DNA of 64,000 nt from a bacterium (GTDB lineage Bacteria > Patescibacteriota > Minisyncoccia > UBA6257 > GWB1-50-10), in NCBI GenBank assembly GCA_021814545.1, contig JAKAID010000001.1:107910-171909 (forward strand), written 5' to 3'. Positions 39,703 to 48,321 of the stretch are shown here, in pieces. The translations under genes and the position numbers were made by a program. Every line of letters starts with the position of its first letter. Positions within the stretch are counted from its first letter, which is position 1. The notes beneath the pieces are model-generated. The model did no database searches. It was not told the DNA's origin and saw only the letters and a list, made by a program, of their open reading frames with translations.

Positions 39703-40560
39703 ATGAAGTACGCGTTCTTCGGCTCTCCGGAATTCGCCGCTATCATCCTCGAGCGGCTCATCGGTGCGGATATGCCCCCCGCGCTTTTGGTGTGCAACCC
39801 CGACAGACCCGTCGGGCGAAAGAAAATCCTCACCGCTCCCGCCGCGAAACAAAGCGTGCTCGCGCAAGACGAATCCGTGCGCGAACGGATTGAAGTGGCA
39901 CAGCCCGAAAAGCCGAAAGAAATCGAAGAGATGCTCCGCAAGGGAAATTTCGACCTTTTTATCGTTGCCGCGTACGGAAATATTATTCCCAAGTCAGTAC
40001 TCTCCATCCCCCGCCTCGGCACCGTGGGCGTGCACCCCTCGCTCCTCCCCAAATTCCGCGGCGCGACGCCCATTCAATCCGCACTTATCTCGGGCGAGGA
40101 ACAGACCGGCGTCTCCCTTTTCGTCGTGGACGAAAAAGTGGACCACGGCGCCATTTTGAACATGGAAACACTCGAGGAATCGTTGCATGCAATGAACTAC
40201 GCGACGCTCCACGACGCGCTGGCCCGCCTCGGTGCCGATATGCTTATAAAAACACTGCCCCGCATTGAGCGGGCACTTGAAGACGCACTCCCGCAAAACG
40301 AGTCCGCGGCGACCTTCACGAAAAAATTCGAGAGCCAGGACGGCTTCGTTGACGAAAAAGACCTTGAGGCGGCCACCTCGGGCGCAAACAAAGCAAAGGC
40401 TATCGAACTCGACCGGAAAATCCGTGCCCTAAACCCCGAGCCTGGCGTATACACCATAAAAGACGGCGTGCGCACGAAGCTCCTTGAGGCGGATATTATT
40501 GACGGGAAATTAGTGCTCCGCGTTATCCAGGTCGCAGGCAAAACTCCAAAGGCTCTCTAA
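39703..40560 (+). CDS. fmt: Methionyl-tRNA formyltransferase
   Basis: FFGSPEFA, PDRPVGR, VHPSLLPKFRGATP. Confidence 0.95.
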   Translation: MKYAFFGSPEFAAIILERLIGADMPPALLVCNPDRPVGRKKILTAPAAKQSVLAQDESVRERIEVAQPEKPKEIEEMLRKGNFDLFIVAAYGNIIPKSVLSIPRLGTVGVHPSLLPKFRGATPIQSALISGEEQTGVSLFVVDEKVDHGAILNMETLEESLHAMNYATLHDALARLGADMLIKTLPRIERALEDALPQNESAATFTKKFESQDGFVDEKDLEAATSGANKAKAIELDRKIRALNPEPGVYTIKDGVRTKLLEADIIDGKLVLRVIQVAGKTPKAL

Positions 40561-40656
40561 CACTCTTGGCTCACTACGCCACATTGACAATGTGCTATTT
40601 TTTTGCTATTTTATTTTACGAACCTTAACAACCTATCGCTATACAAGGAGACGAGA

Positions 40657-41826
40657 ATGCGACTCGTGAATCTGAAGGTGGCGGCGGTGGCGCTTGCGTG
40701 TACTGCCCTGTCGGCGCGTGCCGACGAGGGAATGACGTTCAAGTTCGGCTACTCGCCGAACGAGAAGTACTCCTGGGCATCCCCTCGGAGTGCCGTTGGC
40801 GCCTACGACGTGCTCGCGACGAGCATCGACCGCTACTTCGGCCACTCCCCGCTCGCGCGGGGTACCACGATGGTGCTCGATGAGTTCGTTGGGTTTCACC
40901 TCAGCCAATTCGGCCACGAGTACGGGGGCCACGCTGAAGCGTTCTACGAGACAACGGGGCGGACCGCCTCGGTGACGCTCGGGCTCTTCAACCAGAGCCA
41001 CACGGACGCCTGGATCGATGGTAACGACCGCGAGGCGCTCCGAAAGTTCTGCAATGAGGGCGGCAGGGTTATCCTCACCGTGGCAGGCCTCAACTACCAG
41101 ATGCACGTCGGCGAGCTTCTCTCGCGGCGTATGCTCGGCAAGGAGGTCTACGCGCGCGAGCATCTCATGAGGCTCACGAACGACCTCGCACTCCTCGCCT
41201 ACATGATTCCCACGGCGCGCCCGCACGGGAGCACGGCGGCGGCCAAGGGGGACCTCACGGACTTCATGGGCAGCGTGACCGGTCCGCAGCTCCACCGCGT
41301 GAACAGGCTCTACAACCAGCTCTACGCGGGTGCTGCCTGGCAGGCGCTCGGCTCGTGGGTCGACTTCTACGGTGCGGGCATCTACCTGCTCTACGGAGAC
41401 CGGCTCGTGATGCCGAGAAACTGGGTGAGGCCCGAGACCATCCTCACGCCCTACGGCGTGGAATATGGGCTTATGGCCTCATTCCTCGACATCCCGGGGC
41501 TCGGCGAGAGCGCGATGCACTTCTTCGTGGGCGGCGGCGAGAGCTTGAGCGCCGACTCGAAGAACATGCTCCGCATGAAGACCGAGCTCGACGGCTTCGT
41601 GCTTCCGAACATCGGCACCAAGGTCAGCCTTGGCGTCGAGTACTATCGGAACAGCGCGGAGGGGTTCGCCTTCCGCGCTGAGGCCATCCAGCCGCTCACG
41701 AAGCGCGTGGGTCTCGGCTTTGAGGCGCGGGTGAAGCCCTTCCGCGGGTTCAGCGCCGACTTCGTCACCCTGCCGAACCAGGCCTGGAGCGCGCGTTACA
41801 CCGTACTCCTCGCCGTCACCCCGTAG
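40657..41826 (+). CDS. Secreted hypothetical protein, zincin-like HEYGGH motif and beta-rich C-terminus
   Basis: Signal peptide (ARA/DE), TTGACA-17-TATTTT promoter, AAGGAG SD, terminator 41832-41860. Confidence 0.7.
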   Translation: MRLVNLKVAAVALACTALSARADEGMTFKFGYSPNEKYSWASPRSAVGAYDVLATSIDRYFGHSPLARGTTMVLDEFVGFHLSQFGHEYGGHAEAFYETTGRTASVTLGLFNQSHTDAWIDGNDREALRKFCNEGGRVILTVAGLNYQMHVGELLSRRMLGKEVYAREHLMRLTNDLALLAYMIPTARPHGSTAAAKGDLTDFMGSVTGPQLHRVNRLYNQLYAGAAWQALGSWVDFYGAGIYLLYGDRLVMPRNWVRPETILTPYGVEYGLMASFLDIPGLGESAMHFFVGGGESLSADSKNMLRMKTELDGFVLPNIGTKVSLGVEYYRNSAEGFAFRAEAIQPLTKRVGLGFEARVKPFRGFSADFVTLPNQAWSARYTVLLAVTP

Positions 41827-41862
41827 CACACAACCCCGTGGTTCATACCGCGGGGTTTTTAT

Positions 41863-41967
41863 TTACAACGTTTTGAACATCGCCACCTCTGGCCAAAACA
41901 GTATGCCAAACAAGACAATGGTAATGCCGATGAGCCAGAGCCAAAGGTGCGAATGGGGGTGCTTCAT
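41863..41967 (-). CDS. Possible 34-aa membrane peptide
   Basis: ATG 1 nt after the upstream stop; one TM helix. Confidence 0.4.
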   Translation of the reverse strand: MKHPHSHLWLWLIGITIVLFGILFWPEVAMFKTL

Positions 41968-41968
41968 A

Positions 41969-42334
41969 TTATTCTCCAAAAAGATGGAAGTGACGAACGG
42001 TGAAAATATAGGCGCCAGCGAGAATGAAAAAGGCGAGCAACCCTGCCAGAATGGCATATTTCGAACCAAGCCTTGGGGCGAGATATGCCACAAGGAGCAT
42101 ATACGGCACCCATGAAACGAGGGTGCCGAGGAGCACGAACCATGCGTGCTCCCCGACCGCCGCGCCACCCCTTGATTCGCCGATAAATAAGTAGGCAACG
42201 AGGGTAAAAACAGGCACCAATGTAGCGAACCCCGAGAGGAGCCGCGAGCCGTTCTCCTCAAGCGCTACAATGGCAACGGTAAAGATGCCGCCCGTGAGGA
42301 AGTAGATGAGATAATTTTTAAGCGTTGCCCACAT
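41969..42334 (-). CDS. DUF3147/GlpM-like four-TM protein
   Basis: YFLTGG, SGFATLVPVFTLVAY. Confidence 0.65.
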   Translation of the reverse strand: MWATLKNYLIYFLTGGIFTVAIVALEENGSRLLSGFATLVPVFTLVAYLFIGESRGGAAVGEHAWFVLLGTLVSWVPYMLLVAYLAPRLGSKYAILAGLLAFFILAGAYIFTVRHFHLFGE

Positions 42335-42335
42335 T

Positions 42336-42992
42336 TTAATTTTTCACACATGTTCCGCCCACATCACCGAACGGCAGCAGGACACCGGCAGCGGGCGCAC
42401 AATGAAATCCGTCAGTACATATCGGCGCGCCCAACATGTTTCCTCCGCAGCGCATCCCCTCGCCTACGACTGCGCGTGACTGCACGAGGTTGGCGCCCTG
42501 AATTTTCAAATATTTACTCACGCCTATCGAGGGCTGCACCGCCATCGGGTCTTTCGGCGCCCGGTCGGCGTAATTCACGATGATCTCTCCGTTCCTGAAC
42601 TCTATCGTTTGCGGCGCAACCCGATCGCCGAGCAAAATGGCATTCGTGCCCGAGTATCCGCTCGCCGTTCCCAGCGCTGCCGTTACGTAGAAAAACGTGC
42701 CGCTCCCTCCGCCTGTTTGCGTCATAATAAATGCCACGTCCTGCCTGCCGTCGCCATTGAAGTCACCCACTGCCTCATTTCCGAAAAACTGCGTTACGGT
42801 TTTTGAGGCCGAACCAGGCGCACTCTCCTCCTCCGCGGAGCCGTTCACAAGCGTTACGAGCTTGCCATCTATTTTGTAGGCGGCGTTCTTGTAATCCGTA
42901 ATGATTACTCTCGGCTTTGCCTTTGTGTTTACGAGTGCAAGAAGCGCAACGCAGACGACGAGTAACCCGATTATTATTGAGTATTTTTTCAT
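42336..42992 (-). CDS. Secreted/anchored hypothetical protein
   Basis: N-terminal TM, GDFNGDGRQD loop, Cys-rich C-terminus. Confidence 0.7.
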   Translation of the reverse strand: MKKYSIIIGLLVVCVALLALVNTKAKPRVIITDYKNAAYKIDGKLVTLVNGSAEEESAPGSASKTVTQFFGNEAVGDFNGDGRQDVAFIMTQTGGGSGTFFYVTAALGTASGYSGTNAILLGDRVAPQTIEFRNGEIIVNYADRAPKDPMAVQPSIGVSKYLKIQGANLVQSRAVVGEGMRCGGNMLGAPICTDGFHCAPAAGVLLPFGDVGGTCVKN

Positions 42993-43030
42993 GCGATTAG
43001 TGTTTATGCCTTATTCAGTATACCAAAAAA

Positions 43031-43279
43031 TCACGCCTTCCCGTGCTTTACCAGCTCGAGCTTCCTCTCCCTCTTCCAGCTCTTGATTTCCGCCTCCCGT
43101 TTTGATGCTTTTGAGCGGTTCTTGTGCTTTTCGGCGTAGAGAAGCTTCACAACCCTATGCGCACGGGTATATTTCGCGCCCTTCTTCGCGGCATGCTCTT
43201 CAAACCTGCGCGCCACATCGGTCGTGAGCCCTGTATAGATACTCCCGCCCTCGCATTCTATAAGATAGACGAAGTACAC
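43031..43279 (-). CDS. GIY-YIG nuclease (YhbQ/UPF0213-like)
   Basis: YFVYLIEC..SIYTG.TTDVARRF.EH, GAKYTR, REAEIK. Confidence 0.92.
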   Translation of the reverse strand: MYFVYLIECEGGSIYTGLTTDVARRFEEHAAKKGAKYTRAHRVVKLLYAEKHKNRSKASKREAEIKSWKRERKLELVKHGKA

Positions 43280-43356
43280 TATTTAGATTTTAACAAAACC
43301 GGTTCGGCGACAGATTGAACTCACCTTGGGCCCGGCCGCCTCAATGGTTGTTATGC

Positions 43357-43386
43357 CTAGACAGTGAAAGGGATCGGTGATAAAAT
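43357..43386 (+). promoter_or_regulatory. Sigma70 promoter of the methyltransferase, CTAG overlapping the -35
   Basis: TAGACA (43358-43363), 17 nt, TAAAAT (43381-43386) with extended TG; CTAG at 43357-43360. Confidence 0.75.
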
Positions 43387-43389
43387 AGT

Positions 43390-44454
43390 ATGGTGAAAAC
43401 CTCACACAAGCTCCTGCTCCAAGACGCGCGAAATTTGATTGGAATCAAGTCCGAAAGCGTGGATCTTGTTGTTACGTCTCCGCCATACCCAATGATCCAA
43501 ATGTGGGATGCGGTTTTTTCAGAATTAAATCCAGCTATTGCCGCCGCGTTGAAAGAGGAAAATGGAAATTTGGCATTTGAGCTCATGCATAAGGAGCTCG
43601 ACAGCACATGGAGAGAAATTTTCCGTGTTTTAAAAGATGGCGGCATTGCCTGCATAAATATTGGAGATTCCACCCGAACAATCGGGGGGAAATTTCAATT
43701 GTTCCCAAACCATTCGCGCATTTCAAAATCTTGTTTTGAAATTGGCTTCCATTGTCTCCCTGAAATCTTATGGCGCAAACAGACAAACGCCCCTAATAAA
43801 TTCATGGGGTCGGGAATGCTGCCCGTAGGAGCCTACGTGACTTTGGAGCATGAGTATATTTTAGTTTTGCGCAAAAATGGAAAACGCTTGTTTAATACAG
43901 AAAATGAAAAGAATCTTCGGCAAGAAAGTGCCTTTTTTTGGGAGGAGAGGAATCAATGGTTCTCCGATGTATGGGCAGACGTCAAGGGAGTTTTTCAAAA
44001 GCAGCACCAAAATGAAACCGATCGAAGAAGTGCCGCGTATCCAATAGAAATACCCTATCGTTTAATAAATATGTTTTCTTTGAAAGGAGATGTGGTTCTC
44101 GACCCGTATCTTGGCACCGGCACAACAATGGCGGCAGCCGTAATCGCAGAAAGAAATAGCATCGGGCTTGAAATTGATAAAAAATTTGCGAATGTGATCG
44201 TCAATAAAATTAAGGATGTTCCGCAAAATTATAACGGAGCTGCCAAAAAGCGACTCGAGAAGCACTTAAAGTTCGTCCAGGAGAGACAGGAAGAGAAAGG
44301 AGTCTCCGTTTTCAAATACACGAATAAAAACTACAAGCTCCCGGTAATGACTCGGCAGGAAACCGAAATCTTTTTTAGAGAGCCCACGAAAGTCAATCAA
44401 AAAAAGGAGGCTAACACTTTTGAAGTTGAATACAAAGAGTTCCGGATTAAATAG
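43390..44454 (+). CDS. Type II N4-cytosine DNA methyltransferase, beta class (M.MthZI/M.MjaI-like, predicted CTAG)
   Basis: VTSPPY precedes DPYLGTGTT; KFMGSGMLP and YFWEERNQWFSDVW-like blocks recalled from M.MthZI; low GC; true start may be GTG 43393. Confidence 0.88.
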   Translation: MVKTSHKLLLQDARNLIGIKSESVDLVVTSPPYPMIQMWDAVFSELNPAIAAALKEENGNLAFELMHKELDSTWREIFRVLKDGGIACINIGDSTRTIGGKFQLFPNHSRISKSCFEIGFHCLPEILWRKQTNAPNKFMGSGMLPVGAYVTLEHEYILVLRKNGKRLFNTENEKNLRQESAFFWEERNQWFSDVWADVKGVFQKQHQNETDRRSAAYPIEIPYRLINMFSLKGDVVLDPYLGTGTTMAAAVIAERNSIGLEIDKKFANVIVNKIKDVPQNYNGAAKKRLEKHLKFVQERQEEKGVSVFKYTNKNYKLPVMTRQETEIFFREPTKVNQKKEANTFEVEYKEFRIK

Positions 44455-45042
44455 CTAAGAGTCAAACTCGATAACTATTCCATCCTTTTTCTTCTCGTAA
44501 TATACGATTCTGTAGTTAATGCTTTCAGGGAGCGCCGCCTTAGTCTTATAGGTTGTGGGCTTTATGCTGACCGGATCATTACCCACATATCCGTCTATCC
44601 CCCGCGATTCTTCTTCCGGAGTCGCGAGTCTGTAGTTTTCTCCAACGTCTTCTGCAATCCTTTTTATGATCGCCTCTTGGAATTTTAACCCCGCAAATGT
44701 TTTAACAATAACGAGATCGGTAACCCACTCTCTAATCATATCTTTGTTGATCTTCCCAATAGAGTCCTTCAATTTCTCAACCATATCGGAAATTTTTTCT
44801 ATTGCCCGTTCAATCCCATCGGGTTCTTTACCCTTGTACCACTTCTCCCAATTTTTGAGCCCCCCTCCCTTAAATTCTTTAATTAGCTCACTCAGCTGCC
44901 CAACAACCGATGGACGCGTACCTTGAGCATTCTGATTGGCCAAGTTCAGGATCTGCGTTGAATATTTCGGAAAAGAGGGGCTACCGCCCGACAAGAGCTG
45001 CGCAATTTCTTTGTTCGATATTTTGATTTTCTTTAAAGCCAT
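44455..45042 (-). CDS. MjaI-family type II restriction endonuclease
   Basis: QGTRPSVVGQLSELI, EESRGIDGYVG.DPVSIKP catalytic region; tail-to-tail with the MTase. Confidence 0.82.
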   Translation of the reverse strand: MALKKIKISNKEIAQLLSGGSPSFPKYSTQILNLANQNAQGTRPSVVGQLSELIKEFKGGGLKNWEKWYKGKEPDGIERAIEKISDMVEKLKDSIGKINKDMIREWVTDLVIVKTFAGLKFQEAIIKRIAEDVGENYRLATPEEESRGIDGYVGNDPVSIKPTTYKTKAALPESINYRIVYYEKKKDGIVIEFDS

Positions 45043-45158
45043 GGATTCGGGTCTGCGCCAATCGCTTTGCGTGTTTTCCCCTGGTTATATTTGTAGGTAA
45101 TTCTATCCCTGATATAACTTCCTGTAAAACAGTTTTTCTCGGGCCGGATTCTAACCGA

Positions 45159-45187
45159 TTGAAAAAAAGGCTGGGATGGGGTATAAT
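45159..45187 (+). promoter_or_regulatory. Sigma70 promoter of tRNA-Gln
   Basis: TTGAAA-17-TATAAT, 10 nt before the tRNA. Confidence 0.7.
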
Positions 45188-45197
45188 TGCTTTTAAT

Positions 45198-45268
45198 TGC
45201 GGGATCGTCTAATGGTAGGACGCCTGACTCTGAATCAGGTAATCTTGGTTCGAATCCAGGTCCCGCAG
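45198..45268 (+). tRNA. tRNA-Gln(CTG)
   Basis: TGCGGGA/TCCCGCA acceptor, CCTGA-CTCTGAA-TCAGG, GTTCGAATC. Confidence 0.96.
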
Positions 45269-45299
45269 CAAAAAACGGAAGCAACCGCCTCCCAGTTTC

Positions 45300-45368
45300 A
45301 CTCACTCCGCTTGACCATAGGACTGAGGACTCTGAATTCACTGCTTGGCGAAATTCACCCTCCCCAAC
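45300..45368 (+). pseudogene. Decayed tRNA-Gln(CTG)-like copy
   Basis: TAGGAC-N4-GACTCTGAAT matches the intact tRNA 102 nt upstream; CTTGG, CGAA and TCCC follow in order. Confidence 0.5.
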
Positions 45369-45373
45369 TCAGA

Positions 45374-46150
45374 ATGAAACGAAAAGAATTAGTAAATCAA
45401 ACGGAAGGAGCGTATTTACGTAAGGATTATCTTGAGGCCTTTGTAATTCAAAGTGCATATATTGAGAGTATTTTAAGAGAATTTATAAGCAATAAATTCC
45501 ATCAGCATCTCTCTGATGGTCTTTGTCAGTCTTGTGAATTTATGAACGCAGTACGAAAAAAGGTTATTGGAATTTCATTGCACGGTCTGATTGAATTGCT
45601 ATACGAGGGTAAATATATCGACTCGGGACAGAAAGCAAAAATGCAAGTATACAAAAATAGACGAAATAATATTTTGCATGAATTGCTCAAACATATTTCT
45701 AATCCAACTTTTGAAAAAGAGCTTTCTGCCGCCTACGAAGCCGGTAAGGAAGTTTTAGATGATAAAAGGCTTAAATGGATCGAGGAATTAATTGACGCAA
45801 GAGAAGAACATAATATTCTTAATGGTAAAATTATTCAGGAATCGCTTACTGATTTCTCGATAATAAATAAATTTACCGCTATGGGATATAGTCTTATTCA
45901 AAAAGAAAATCCAGCGGATAATTTACACGAATATCACGTACTCGCAGTTAATGACTGGCTTCCACTCCTCCAAAAATATCTCAAAGAGGGATGGTTTGCA
46001 TATTTTTGGAATGAAACTAAATTAAAAATTGTATTTTCAAGTAAGATATTTGAAGTTGACCCCCATCGAGAAGAAACCTGGAAGTCGGCGATAGATTATG
46101 GCTTATCAAAGCAAATCCCTATAGAAATGCTTAAGTTTCCCATGAAATAG
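45374..46150 (+). CDS. Low-GC two-domain protein with HEPN-like N-terminus
   Basis: EAFVIQSAYIESILR helix, SLHGLIELL, RNNILH (Rx4H); separate C-terminal domain GWFAYFW...WKSAIDYGLSKQIP. Confidence 0.6.
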   Translation: MKRKELVNQTEGAYLRKDYLEAFVIQSAYIESILREFISNKFHQHLSDGLCQSCEFMNAVRKKVIGISLHGLIELLYEGKYIDSGQKAKMQVYKNRRNNILHELLKHISNPTFEKELSAAYEAGKEVLDDKRLKWIEELIDAREEHNILNGKIIQESLTDFSIINKFTAMGYSLIQKENPADNLHEYHVLAVNDWLPLLQKYLKEGWFAYFWNETKLKIVFSSKIFEVDPHREETWKSAIDYGLSKQIPIEMLKFPMK

Positions 46151-46169
46151 CCCGATATATTGCCCAAAC

Positions 46170-46196
46170 AAAAACACGCCATTATGGCGTGTTTTT
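46170..46196. terminator. Bidirectional terminator at the islet edge
   Basis: AAAAACACGCCA-TTA-TGGCGTGTTTTT. Confidence 0.7.
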
Positions 46197-46214
46197 CGCT
46201 GCTTATGGAGCGCC

Positions 46215-47336
46215 TTACGCTAACTTCGACCTCATCACCTCCGCAACCGCGCCAAGCGAGACGAGGAAGATTATGGCGCAGGCGAGCCATCCGATTACCG
46301 GAATGAGGCCGAGCACGCCAAGAATGAGCGCGCTACCCAGGAGGTGGTACCACTTGAGGTCCAGGTGCCCTTTCTTGAAGACCGCCATAATAAACGACGA
46401 AGTAACGATAACCGAGACTGGGGCCGTGAGCGTGAGCAAGATGCAGTAGAGCGCAAGCATCACCATCCCAGGAATCCAGCCAATTATCGTCGACATAAGC
46501 ACGATTCCCGCGATAGGAGCAAGGATGAGCACCGCAAATCCAGCGACTAACCTGTTCCAGAAATGGGTGTGCACACCTGCGACTGCCGCGGTTACGTCAC
46601 GGCGGCGGAGGAACCACAAGAGATACGCTGCGGTAAGTACCGCGAGCAGTTTTACTACGAGCGCCACGCCCGCAAGCGCCGCAAACAACTTCGGGCGCAC
46701 TCCCTGCCTTAAGCTATCCACCTTCGTGAACACGGGCGCCGACGCGAGCTGCGCGCCCTCGCTTACAACCGCCTCCACTGGCGCTGAATATTCGACTGCA
46801 CCCTTTACGCGCGCGTTCGGACCGAATGAAACCTTCTCCGCGCGTTTGATTTTCACATTTCCGTTCACCGTTCCATCGATGCGCACGTCGCCGCCCACGA
46901 TGGTAAGGTTACCGCTTTCCGAACCTGAAAAGATAACTAATCCGCCAAAAAGGTAGGAGTCTTTCACCACGGTGGTTTCGGGCGTTACGGTAAGCTGGCC
47001 TCCTGCCGCGGCGATTTCACCGTTTACTTTTCCGCTAATCGTGATATTGCCGCCTGCCACGCGGACGTCTTCTGCAGACCCGCCGACAATATTCACCGTG
47101 CCGCCAACCGCCATAATATCCTTATCTACCTTCCCGGAGATAAGCACATTGCCGCCCGCCGCAATAACATCACCCGCTACGGGGTTCGGGACATTCACCG
47201 TCCCCCCTGCGAGGTACACGTTCTGCGCTATCGGCACCGCAGGAGTCGAAGCGTTATTCCCCGCTTCCACGTACGCGGCAAGTGCTACGACGGGCACGAA
47301 TGCCGCAACAACCCCCAACATTACTAACTTTTTCAT
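46215..47336 (-). CDS. Beta-helix (bactofilin-like) repeat membrane protein
   Basis: Signal peptide, repeated AGGxVxIxGxVxGD units, several C-terminal TMs. Confidence 0.75.
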   Translation of the reverse strand: MKKLVMLGVVAAFVPVVALAAYVEAGNNASTPAVPIAQNVYLAGGTVNVPNPVAGDVIAAGGNVLISGKVDKDIMAVGGTVNIVGGSAEDVRVAGGNITISGKVNGEIAAAGGQLTVTPETTVVKDSYLFGGLVIFSGSESGNLTIVGGDVRIDGTVNGNVKIKRAEKVSFGPNARVKGAVEYSAPVEAVVSEGAQLASAPVFTKVDSLRQGVRPKLFAALAGVALVVKLLAVLTAAYLLWFLRRRDVTAAVAGVHTHFWNRLVAGFAVLILAPIAGIVLMSTIIGWIPGMVMLALYCILLTLTAPVSVIVTSSFIMAVFKKGHLDLKWYHLLGSALILGVLGLIPVIGWLACAIIFLVSLGAVAEVMRSKLA

Positions 47337-47366
47337 ACCCTTAGCATACCACACGCCGCGCACGCG

Positions 47367-48269
47367 TTAGGCATTCATGAACCAGACGCCGGCAAGGATA
47401 AACACGATAGAAACGACCTTAATGAATACCGTTCCCTTCTCAATATTTTCCTTCACGATATGCGGGAACCAAACCGAGAGGACAAGGCCTATCACGAGCG
47501 CAAAGAACGGCATGGTGCTGATAAGCGACGAGGCGAGCGCGAGCGCAGGTGCTATCGCGATGGCGTAATACCCCACGAGCGCGGCACCGAGATAGAGCAC
47601 CTCATTTGCGATAATAATGCCCCACGCAGACGGCTTGATGGCCGGGATATCGAGCACGAAGCCACGCCTGAACGCAGGCACAAAGAATAGCGCGAAGGCA
47701 CCTAAGGCCACACCCACATATTCGTACGCGACCGCAGTCGAATAGCTGTATTGCCCCGAAATATACCGCAGAATAACCGATGGCGTCGCCCACATCACGC
47801 TCGCGAGCAAAACCCAGCCGGATGACTTCCGCAAATGGAATAGATACGCACCCTTCCTGCCAACCGAAACAAGGTAGGCACCGAGGAGCACGAGCGCTGC
47901 GCCCGCAAGTTCGTTCGCCGAGAGCCGCTCGCCCAAAAACACATACGACATCGCATACACCATGACGGGGATAATCTGAAACGCGGGCGTCACCTGCGAC
48001 ACATCATCAATGAGTATCGCCTTTACGTACGGAAGGAGCGCCAATTCAACAAGCACGCCCGCCACTACCATAAGCGCCGCGTTCTGCCAGATGATGGGGG
48101 GCACGCGCTGGGTAATAAATACGAGAAGCGAGAAGGGTACCGCGAGAAAGCCGCCCAGGATAACGTAGGTCGAATAATGCTTTATTTGCTTCTCCACCAT
48201 GTACTTATCGATAAAACTCGAAGAAGCGTAGAGCACGGGGGCGAGAAGCGCGAAGAAGAGCCAGGACAT
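47367..48269 (-). CDS. EamA/DMT family transporter
   Basis: About ten TMs in two repeats; FLGERLS. Confidence 0.85.
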   Translation of the reverse strand: MSWLFFALLAPVLYASSSFIDKYMVEKQIKHYSTYVILGGFLAVPFSLLVFITQRVPPIIWQNAALMVVAGVLVELALLPYVKAILIDDVSQVTPAFQIIPVMVYAMSYVFLGERLSANELAGAALVLLGAYLVSVGRKGAYLFHLRKSSGWVLLASVMWATPSVILRYISGQYSYSTAVAYEYVGVALGAFALFFVPAFRRGFVLDIPAIKPSAWGIIIANEVLYLGAALVGYYAIAIAPALALASSLISTMPFFALVIGLVLSVWFPHIVKENIEKGTVFIKVVSIVFILAGVWFMNA

Positions 48270-48321
48270 AGTTTAATTGTAGCGAATTTACCGCGCTGCG
48301 GTATGGTATGCTTAGAATATT

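Noticed and set aside
43031-43279. GIY-YIG gene as a homing endonuclease or intron marker
   Set aside because: It is an 82-aa stand-alone YhbQ-type protein with no interrupted host gene
43290-43345. Possible att site or tRNA fragment at the left islet edge
   Set aside because: No convincing match to tRNA-Gln or to the right boundary
45197-45373. N-terminal extension of the 317-aa ORF
   Set aside because: It runs through tRNA-Gln; ATG 45374 is the plausible start
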